NCBI RefSeq assembly: GCF_006345805.1
Contig: NC_042997.1
Span: forward strand, 161,572,001-161,636,000
Direction of reading: 5' to 3'
Length of the DNA stretch: 64,000 nt
Source of the DNA: Octopus sinensis
Taxonomy: Eukaryota
Shown here: positions 53,692-64,000 of the stretch, in pieces
Position numbering within the stretch: position 1 is the stretch's first letter
How the letters are laid out: each line of letters starts with the position of its first letter
Made by a program: the position numbers and the translations under genes
The notes under the pieces: model-generated
Seen by the model: only the letters and a program-made list of their open reading frames with translations
Database searches by the model: none
Told to the model about the DNA's origin: nothing

Positions 53692-54523
53692 TGTGTAATT
53701 GGATAAGCTGGAGCTATAGTTTTAGAGAAGCTTGCTTTGTATTTGACTCTTTCAAATCTTTACCTTACTGACAAACTACTTCAGTCCAAGATTTTAATAC
53801 TTTCAGAATTCTCTTTTACTGCACTAATGATCCTCAGTTTTGATCTGCTATCCATTCGCAAAGCCTTTATTTTCATTTCATGTAAATTACAATCATTTTC
53901 ACAGATTAAATCAGATATCTTTTATCAGTTTTAGTAACATTAACCTTGTCTCGAAGGATAATGATTCCATATACATTATTTTATTTCATTTACTAGGATG
54001 CATATATCAATATAATCATCATTTTCATTATTAATTTAACATGTTAGAGTCTTTATTATCATCATCATCATTGTTGTTGTCTTTGCAGTTATTGTATTAG
54101 AATATGAAGTTGGATATAAATAGCATGTCTTTTTATGCGGGATGCAAAAAAGAGGAAAAAATACAAGATGATAATCAATCAAATAGCTTATAATGCAAAT
54201 ATGGCTTATATACCACACCTGTCTTCTTCACAATTTAGCACCTTGTCAATTAGCCACACCCATCTTCAGCAGAAGAAAGCATGTTGTGTCAGTAAGCCAC
54301 ACCCAGGATTAATGTGGTGAATTCAAATTACATTGGGGTCAGTTTTAATTTTCATCAATCAAGGATCAATAAAATAAGAACTATTACTATACAGGGGCTG
54401 ATTTACTTCACTATATCCATCTTTCTCACAAATCATAAACTTCTACAACTGTGAAAAATCATTATTTAAAGATATAACTACATTACAATAGCTTCCAAAA
54501 TCTATAGCTTTCATAATACTTAC

Positions 54524-54694
54524 TTTTTATGGAAATCATAAATATCTTTGATGTTACCAAATAGTATGTCTTTATTATCTTTGAGACATGCAGGTACATC
54601 TGGTTTATCCATTTGATTATAAAATGTATCCATCAGTGTTTCTAAGTCATGGAGATACTCTCGTTCTGTTTCCAGGATGTCAGTCAGAGCATAT
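54524..54694 (-). CDS. Exon: DH (RhoGEF) domain part 1
   Basis: YALTDILETEREYLHDL...ILFGNIKDIYDFHK matches DH CR1/CR2; cag|...|gtaagt. Confidence 0.93.
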
Positions 54695-56034
54695 CTGTTA
54701 ATCATTAAAAACAAAAATTATAAAATGATTTTCAAGATAACAATAATGCTATGAAAAAAAAAAATTGAAAACAAAACTAATCAGTGTTAAAACAAATTAA
54801 TTCACATTCCAAAAGGCAACAGAAAATAAATATAAAGCTAATTAAAAAAGGAAATAAAATGAATATACACATATATTATAAATTTAGCACCAGTTGTTCA
54901 ATTATTAGCAGCTTTCAACTGAAGTGAGTTTTCATTACATCTAGCAAGAAAAGGAGACAATAAGTAACATAAGCTTCTATTATAACTATGAATACCATGA
55001 GGAGAAATATAGTTTAATAGGATACCCATTTATATATAAAAACTAAAATACAACTTCCTTCAATTTGTCAATTATTTGATTAATACAGAATTTTTATTAT
55101 AACATTTGTACAGATTTCAAATCTAAAAATTAATTTTGCATGCTTTCTATGTGACAGAAACAAAAATATAAAGACAGATACAATTACAGATTTCAGGCTT
55201 TTTATTTGCAAAACATATATAAACACAACTTGAATTTAATTGTAAGAGTGCATTATCAAAGCATGCTAAAGTATACTGTCAATTTTCACTTATCAAACAA
55301 ATTCCTTAAACTGGAATTCAGTTAATAGTTTTCTAATTTGATGGAAAAATATAGTATAATAAATAAGGGAATTATAGAATTTTTGAATTTAAGAAATAAA
55401 TATTTCAGAAAAATCATTAAAAAATTTACTATCTTTCAGGGTACCATGCAAAAGTTAATTTTCATGTCTATTTCAGCTTTGTAAATGAATTCTAAAGTAG
55501 TACAAATTATATTTTCAATAGCAAGTCATGTTTAAAAAACTTTACTCCTAAAATATTTTAGTCAGAATATTTACAATATGCATCAAGTTTCATTTTCCTT
55601 CCTTTTTAATAAATTTCTAGACTTAGTAATGTTATATCATTGAAAAAAATAAAATACATTAAAAAGCCACTGCACAACCAATACCATTTGCTTCAGTTAA
55701 ATGCTAATAAAGAGAAAATATATTTTTAAAAAACACAGACAGACAGACTGACAGACAAATGAGGAAGACAATGCAATTTATTTGAGTTGTTCAAACATTT
55801 AACTCTTCAACAGCAACCACCGACTGAAATTGCAAATGCAATAAGAAAAATAATCAGTTTCTTTTATAAGATAAATCTGATAAAATTAATATGATGAAAT
55901 ATTAAAGAATTTGAAATATTTAAGGTACAAAATCCTTTGGAGGAATCCATTTATTGGAAATATGTTTCTGGGTAGAAATTAAAAGGATGTACAAAAGAAA
56001 CATCACTGACCATAAATAATAAGTCAGTGCTGAG

Positions 56035-56065
<31 letters not shown>

Positions 56066-56152
56066 TATAGATATACATACATATACATACATATATATAC
56101 ATATATATATATATACACACAGATATGTATGTATATATATATATATACACAC

Positions 56153-56208
<56 letters not shown>

Positions 56209-56218
56209 ATATATGTAT
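56035..56218. repeat. (TA)n/(TACA)n microsatellite
   Basis: Directly visible. Confidence 0.93.
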
Positions 56219-56635
56219 AATATTTATTTATTCAGTATCATTCTCTCATTCCATTTAATTTGAAGGAAGTTGAAATTTATTATTCTATGATAAAAATATC
56301 AAGTATGACTCCTTAGAAATTAATTCCTAGATATTCTTGTAGTTTCAAAAGTTTTGAAGTAAACATTACAGATGAGACAACAATTTGAAAAGTATATACT
56401 AAATATTTTTTGCAAAACACATTACAAGTAATTTAGGTTTTGTTACATATATTTTGTTATAATATAAACTAAAGTGAAAGTATGGTATTCACACATAAAA
56501 AAAAAAATTAGTCTCCTTTAAAAGAAAATGCAAAAGCTTTTAAGTCAGAGCAGCTCATGAAATTTTCCCTAATTTCTACACACTGCCATGCAGTATCTGC
56601 TGGTATTTCTGCTCTGGAATCAAAGTTTTACTCAC

Positions 56636-56692
56636 GCCATCAGTTGGGGTCCAACTGTCAGAGACTGAGTTCTATCTAACTCGGTGAAAGGG
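56636..56692 (-). CDS. Candidate 57-nt cassette exon (phase 2/2), (S)PFTELDRTQSLTVGPQLM(A)
   Basis: tttcttgtag| acceptor, |gtgagt donor, length a multiple of 3, open in the required frame, GC-richer than its flanks. Confidence 0.6.
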
Positions 56693-57697
56693 CTACAAGA
56701 AATCAATAATACAGCCAGTTGGATCAGAAACAAAACACATAATTAGTCCTTAAAGTGGCCAATAAGAGAAATATTTTGGAAAATGTTTATTTTCAATGTT
56801 ATTAGTTTTCATTTTCTTAAAATGTATTTTTGTAACAGAAATTCTTTAAAAAAGACGATTAAAAACATTTAAATTCGCCAATAAACCTGGAAGAAAATAA
56901 AGTATTATGGAAAATTTTGAAAGAGAATATAATAATTCATATATATATATTAACCAGTTCAGTGCCATGTAGCATTTCAAAAATACTGTTTCAGTATTGT
57001 TATTAGCAATATAAAAACTTAACTGTAAATACAGTCAAAAATTCAAAAATTAGTATAAATACACATAGCAATATATGAACTATATTTCAACATTGTTTTA
57101 TCCCCTGTGTAACATTAATTTCTGTCAAAAAAGAAGGGAATTTAAGCTTGATATATTTCTTTAAAATGACAGTGAACTGGTTAGAACTCATTGATAAATG
57201 CAAAAACAAATTTCAAAACTGAAAACAAATTAATTGAAAGTACTACTAATAATACTATGTACAAAATTTTGAAAATTTCAGTTTCTTTTTCTTTCAGATT
57301 TTACGATAATCTGTCAAGAAATACAATATAAACAGTTAAATGCAGTATATTAAACAGAATTTTCTAGATTAAAATTGATTTCACTACTTTTAAAATTGAA
57401 TTTTTTAAAAATATTTATTTAAAAAAAAAATCAAGTTTATTGGCTATAAACAGAAATAAAATCAATGAAAGTTATGGATATCTCCAGTAAAAAAAAATAA
57501 TTCTTATGTAATGCATAGCAAAAATTAATTTCAAAATTGTATATCTGTTCTAGACAGTAACTTTTAACTCTTCATGCCAATCCATGTCACAGAGAATTCT
57601 TTTCCAATGCCTTCCTTAGATAACAAAAAAATAGATAAACTATTTACTAGCCCAAAGACATCCAGCTAAGAATAGATCATCTATGACCAATTAAAAA

Positions 57698-57738
<41 letters not shown>

Positions 57739-60700
57739 TTATATTGGCAGAATCATTAGAGTATCAGAAAATATGCCTTGTATTTGTTCCTGTTCTTTAC
57801 ATTCTGAGTTCAAATCTTACTGTTGTCAACTTTACCCTTCAGCACCCACTCAAGTACTAGGTTCAGCAGTATCAACTGTTAACTAATTCTAATCTCCTTA
57901 AAAATACTGGTACTTAATCAAAAGCTGCTGTTGTAGCACTACCAAGGTACCACCTTTTCATTGTGCAAAGGTGGTATCATAGCCAACAAGGTAAATCCAA
58001 AACATAGTTATTGCTACTTGAAATTATTATTATTATTGATATATGCAGATGTGCTTTTTCTCAGTCTGTGAGTTTTGAATATTTTACCAAATATATATAT
58101 TTAGATAATTTCCAACAGTAATCCTGCTACAACATGTCAAATGTCTACACACAGACTGGGGAGACGTTAGGTCAATCATATTTAGTTCTAGATATATTTT
58201 CTTGTTTTTGTTTACATCCAACTCAAGATGGTTACATGTCAAAGAAATTCCTCTTAAAAATGTAAAAAATGTAAAAATGAACTTAACTACATGGAAAATA
58301 GAGGAAAAAAGAAATGGACCACAAACTTAATTTCATTGTAAGATTCACACATTGTGCAGGTAAAATTACTTTTTAAAATTAAAAAATCGATTTGAACTAT
58401 TTAAAGAATACTATTAACAAAAACAATACACATTTTGTTAAACCAAGAAAGTGTTGTCTTTTAGAGTGATGAGTGGTAGCACCAATGAATGTAACTGTAG
58501 AAACCAGAGCCAACAGATTACATGTAAAGTACTACATGTGATTATTACATCAGTAACAGCAGAAGGAAAAGGAAAGAAACAAAAGAAAGAAATAAAAGAA
58601 TTAAAAATTTTCAGTAAAACCTTTGCTATATCCAAGACACTTGGTTTCACCTAAGAGTTGCTGTTTGGTTCAAGTCAGTCCTGACAGAGCTGACTAATGA
58701 GAAAAGACATTCCAGAAGTGATCATTCTAAATTTTCTTATGTGGAGGGAATCTAGGACCATATAATCTAATACATTTTTTCTCTGATGGTAAGGTGTAAA
58801 ATGAAGGAGATTTGGATGCTATTTCTTGTAGGTCAAATGACTACTTTGAGGTTCTCACATTTTTTGTGGTATAATTCAGTACTGAAAGTAGCTGCTTTGT
58901 AAAAGTGATGTGCTGACTTACAAACCCAGTTCAATTTTTCCAACAGGTATATCTAAATATACTATCATTATAAAATTTCAATGCTTGAAATATATGACTA
59001 AAAATTTGAATATATCTACATCTGATGACACTCTTAATTAAAGTCAGCTGAGAACAGTTCAAGTTAAAAATTATTGGCTTAGAATATCAGTGACTTATGA
59101 TGGTTGTTGTATTGGGTGAGCTGCAAACCCAATGTCACCAAATTTCAAGCAGGGGTATAACAAAAGTTTTCCATTAAGATTCACAATTAAATTAATGAGA
59201 AAGGTTAATATTTATAATGAATTTGCCATTTTCAATGGGTGTGCAGTGCACATCTAGCACACCTGAAATGTACACCCATGTAGAATATGATCCAAAAAAT
59301 TTTAAATAAAATTATTCATCTTTTGTAATGTTATACTTAAACTTTTCAAATAATGTGAGCTATAGTAGAAGTATTCTTACTATGGACCCTTTTCACTAAT
59401 TTTCGACATGGACACATCTAATTATTAAATTGGTATAGTTACTGAGATACTAAAGCATTCAGAAATATAATGCATGCAACAATATAGAATTAAATATCCA
59501 TTAAATAATTTTATAACAGAATTTTTCTAATATATATTCTACCATGTAGATATATTTTAAAATGAATGATGAAAACTTCAAAATATTTTTTATATAATTA
59601 CAAAAGCAGAAGCAAAAAATATTTTAAAATAAGAAGTATGGGAAAAAAATCAATTAAAAGCAAATTAAAAACATTTTATAAGCTTAGATACAAAAACTAG
59701 TAAGTAAAAACATAAAAGTTTCTAAATTTGAATAACAAAATGTACATTATGTAATGTAATCAGTCACAAATTAATATTCATAGGGAGAATATTCACACTA
59801 AAAATAAACAGCATAAATTATTAGAGGAGGCATATTTAAATATTACACAAAATCCTTTTGTATGAAAAATCTTAGTAATATATTATCATCATCATTGCTT
59901 TAACATCTGCTTTTCCATGCTTTCATGAGTAGGACAAAATTTATTAGGGAAGATTTCTATGATCCTTCCTATAGTTAGCCCTAACCTGCTTCCAAGCAAG
60001 GCAATATTTCTCCATTGCCAGATATGTGGTGTCAAGACAAGGAGACACAAGCATACAGACACACATTCACTAGCAATGAGAATTTGAAATCAAATAAAAA
60101 ATTTAACATTATTTATATGAAAGAATTAGAGTTGGATAAACTTTGCTTTCACCCCCTCACTCCACCCAAATAAGAATAACTTAAGTATGTATTTATAACT
60201 TTCAAGTTAAAAGCCATTGAAGTAGGAAAAGGAAAAAACATAACTTGGAAAAAGAAACTCAAAGATGTCTCATTAACACTCATTTTCTACAGAAGGAAAT
60301 TATTAAAAACTTCAAATAAAAGAAAGAACACATTGGACAGCTTTGCATTCCTAAAGGATGGCATACTATGAAATGCTGTCATAGGTACAGAAGTCCACAT
60401 GGTCAATGAGCATCAAAGAGTAAATAGTGTGGTAGTTAAAACTTTGACACTTTCGGAGCTTGCCTGGTAAGCAGGAACAAAACTAGTTATAGTAGGCTAT
60501 ATCCAAATGTTTGGCAGAATTTTGAATAATAGGTATAATTAGCCAACAACAAAACATATACTGGTAGCCAGTGTTCATGCTGCATACATGAATAGCATAA
60601 ATCATTTTTAATCATGAAATGACATTATTGAGAAGTTAAGTAATAGGGTCAATGTAATCAACTAGTATTCCTCCCCAGCTTACTGGCCTTATGCCAAAAT

Positions 60701-61155
60701 TTAAAACCAATGTAACAAATAAGATTTAATAAATTTTAAAAATAACTCAGTGGTACACTGACTGAAAAAGTGTATATGCAGAGAATATATCTTCATTGAG
60801 AGAGTCCATGAATTCAGTGTTTCTCTACAGAAATGAAGCCAACCAGACTCCATGAATAATGTTAATCCCCTCCTTTATCACCTTCTAACTCAATTCACTC
60901 TGTCTCCTCCATCATCATTGTCTCTCTCTCTCTCTTCCTTCACCCTCTTATCTTGGTTCTTCTGTCACCACTCTCTATTTTTTATTTACCTCCTCCTTTA
61001 TTTATTCACTTTAATGAATAAAGTCATTGTTCACCTTTAGTGTTGTGGGATATAAGGCAATCTCACTAGTGCCAGTACTACAATAAATGCACCCTGTTAC
61101 ACACTGTGAAATGGCCAGAGGATGATCAAAGACAAATACAGAGTTGAAAGACTCT

Positions 61156-61376
61156 TTAACCCTTTAGCACTTAACCAGCTATATCAGGCCCAAAAGTTGT
61201 TTTATACTCAAACCAGCTTGATCAGGCCTTTCAGACTTACCCTACTATGTCATTGTAAAAATAAACAATCACATCACTGAAATCTCAAAGCTACAGGATA
61301 TAGTGTGAGTAACACAAAACAATGTGAATAAATAAGCACTGCATTTGACAAAATAATCTCAATGCTAAAGGATTAA
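61156..61376. mobile_element. piggyBac-like MITE
   Basis: TTAA-CCCTTTAGCA ... TGCTAAAGGA-TTAA. Confidence 0.8.
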
Positions 61377-62002
61377 TCTTGCCAGAACAATGACAATTTT
61401 TCTATTGTGCATGCTAAGCTAAAATGCACTTAGTACACGCAGTTCAGGTGTTGGTGTTATGAAGAGTATCCTACTGTAAAAACCTTGTTAAAAATGAAGT
61501 GTACTAGAGAGACATGGTCTTTTGACCACTCTAGGAGGGGAATAATTCAAAATAAGAACTGACTTGAACCAAGACAATCCAACCAACCCATACAAACATG
61601 GAAATAGATGTAAAATGACAACGTATACATAAAAAAAAAATGAGCTAGGGGAAATAACTCAGAGTGGCCACTGTGAAGAACAAAGATGAATAACAGTATA
61701 TTAAATAACAAATAGGATAAATTCTTGATTTACTGAAATTATCTCCACTTCCAGAGAGAGAGAGAGTAGATTCCCTCCTTAGTGTCAGTTGGTACCAACT
61801 GCAAATGAGAAGAGATAATTCCAAGAGTCAAGAAGTCCCCAACATTTAAATTTATATCTATTAGTGTATACAGCTATGAAATACAGCTCTGAAAAATGAC
61901 GGAAATATATCAAACATAGAGCTGAGTTAAATTGTTATTAAAAAAATATGTGTAACTCCTACCAAATGTTGAGTATAACTTTTATGATTTATCCACTCAC
62001 TC

Positions 62003-62086
62003 ATATATATATAGCATGTATAAATATACATATATATACATGCATATATAATTTCATATGTATTCATATATATGTATATACATATG

Positions 62087-62131
<45 letters not shown>

Positions 62132-62190
62132 ATATATAGACATACATATACACACACACACACACATATATATATGTATGTATATATTAT
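62003..62190. repeat. (TA)n/(CA)n microsatellite
   Basis: Directly visible. Confidence 0.9.
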
Positions 62191-62356
62191 ATAAACATGT
62201 ATACAGACATGGCCAGATATATTCATATATACATGTGCCATATGTATGTCAATGTATAAATACACACACTCATAAACATAATTATATTGTATATCACATA
62301 ATGTCTAATGTATCAGAAAATATTTGAAAATTCAAGAATTTTAAAGATATACTTAC

Positions 62357-62652
62357 CTTCTCTTTAAACTAGCTTCTTGTTGTTTATTACTGATCTGAAT
62401 AATTTCTTCCCGGAAAGCTTCTCTAGTGCTTTTCTTCACAAGAGATTTTATAGCAGGTTTTATTTCCAAATATCCTGGTGGTACCCATCCTTGTTTAGCA
62501 GGGGTACTTTTTGTTGGTTTTGTGCGAACAAGCCATTGTGAAGAATTTTCCATGTCCAAAACTTCTACAAACTGACCTTCACTGAGTCGAATGCTGTCAG
62601 TACAATCTTCATCTGGCTTGTAATCCGCAAGGACAACATAGATAGGAAATCC
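62357..62652 (-). CDS. Exon: SH3 domain and lead-in to DH
   Basis: [14 protein letters not shown]...[11 protein letters not shown]...QWLVR...QGWVPPGYL matches the SH3 consensus; aag| acceptor, |gtaagt donor, ends phase 2. Confidence 0.93.
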
Positions 62653-62764
62653 CTTTAAATTGCAATGAAGAAAATTCATCAACTAAATATCATTGAAAAC
62701 AAGTAGGCAAATATGGATTTAATATAATATAGAGTATCAACCAAAACTCATTCACATTATTACA

Positions 62765-63958
62765 TTGGGTCATCCCATAAATAATGCAGTTTTTTTATAC
62801 TATCTAGTAGACTTGCAAAGATTCTCTTCTAAAATTCACTTGTGCGTAATGAAAAATACTCCTCCTGTTCTGACCTAGTCTACAGAATTCCTATTTTTTC
62901 CGTCCAAAAGATTTTGAAGACTGCAGAATAAATGATAATCAGATGGGACAATGTCCAGTGAATATGGTGGGCGGGGCATCGTTTCCCATTCAAACTGCTC
63001 TAGTCTTTGGAATGTCATCCTTGCTGTATGTGGCTGAGCATTATCCTGGTGGAAGGACAACTTTCATCTTAAAAACAAAGATGGTTGTTTTTCTTCTAGC
63101 ACTGACGTAAGCTGCTCAAGCTGCTCACAGTAGATCTAGTTTGTCCTCATTTGGTTTGTGTTTAAAAGTTTAAAGTGGACTAAACCTTTCATATCCCACC
63201 AAACAGATAACAGCACCTTACATGGATGAAGACCTTCTTTAGCCTGGGGTGCCAGTGTTTTTCCTTTTCCTACCCACTGTCTTTGGCACTTGACATTTTT
63301 AAAGAGAACCCATTTCTCATCACCAGTCACTATTTGGTCCAAAAAGGTTCAATCATGAGATGTGGCAGTAAAGAAGAGCACATATTCACTCTCTGTGCAT
63401 GATTAAACTCAGAAAGTTTGTGAGGAACCCATTGATCCATTTTGCTGACTTTTCCGATGACACACAGCTGTCGATGAATGGTTGAAAGACCAAATCCAAG
63501 TATATCTGCTAGTTGCTTAACAGTTACAATGGGATTTTGTTCCACCACGGTTTGTAGGACGTCTTCGTTGAGTTCTACAGATCTTCCAGGATGAGGCTTG
63601 TCTTCTTGGCTGTAGTTTCCAGCTCAGAATTTCTGGAAGCACCATTGACACTGGTTTACATTTATTGTCCAATCTCCATATATTGCATTAATATTCCTTG
63701 CACTTTCTGTTGCATTGTTGTCTTTACTGAACTCATAATGCAAAATATGCAGAATATGCTCCTCTGTCACTTCCATTATAGCTTTGAAAAATAACTGTTA
63801 AAATCGAACAACACTCTTCAAAACTTGCATGAAGAATAAGCACAAGGTAAAATTACAACCTGCTTTTATAGAAAGTTGATGCAGGTAGTTTATCCTGTCC
63901 CCCTCCAACTTTTACTTCATGCAATTGAAAAAACCGCATTATTTATGGGATGACCCAA
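62765..63958 (-). mobile_element. Decayed mariner (DD34D-type) element, near full length
   Basis: About 30-bp TIRs TTGGGTCATCCCATAAATAATGC(A/G)GTTTTT at both ends; TA at the right flank, CA at the left. Transposase pseudogene from ATG 63776 with WVPHKL, IVTGDEKW, HQDNAQPH and PPYSLDIVPSDYHLF, broken by stops and frameshifts. Confidence 0.95.
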
Positions 63959-64000
63959 TACTTAAATTTCAAATATAGTAACAGCAAAATTCATTTGGAG

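Noticed and set aside
44823-62652. Trio/Kalirin identity for the SH3-DH-PH block
   Set aside because: Those proteins have only about one Ig (plus one FN3 in Kalirin) before the kinase. Five I-set Ig domains and a PEVK-like spacer fit obscurin/UNC-89 better, though a phylogeny is still needed.

Overview
AT-rich, microsatellite-dense eukaryotic DNA. The repeat families (RTE LINE ends with (GAT)n tails, tRNA-type SINE remnants, long TA/CA runs) look like an octopus or other cephalopod; that assignment is an inference. The whole window lies inside one giant minus-strand gene. I traced 30 GT-AG exons (62652 down to 4858) that join phase-consistently into about 7.5 kb of CDS (about 2500 aa): SH3, RhoGEF (DH), PH, linker, Ig, a PEVK-like (KKPEVAVPEVAAEI)x~17-18 spacer, 4 more Ig, then 12 tandem FN3 domains. 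This is an obscurin/UNC-89-like sarcomeric protein whose start and end lie outside the window. The most unusual features are: the uninterrupted run of 12 FN3 domains, each a single phase-1/phase-1 exon of 294-312 bp; a 57-nt in-frame candidate cassette exon inserting at the start of the DH domain; a ~185-bp-arm intronic hairpin inside the FN3 array; an exact 57-bp direct repeat bracketing one FN3 exon; and close inverted retroelement pairs that could form ADAR substrates. The introns also hold a decayed mariner, a hAT (Buster/Charlie) derivative, a Helitron fragment fused to an RTE LINE, piggyBac-like MITEs, and other LINE/SINE remnants.
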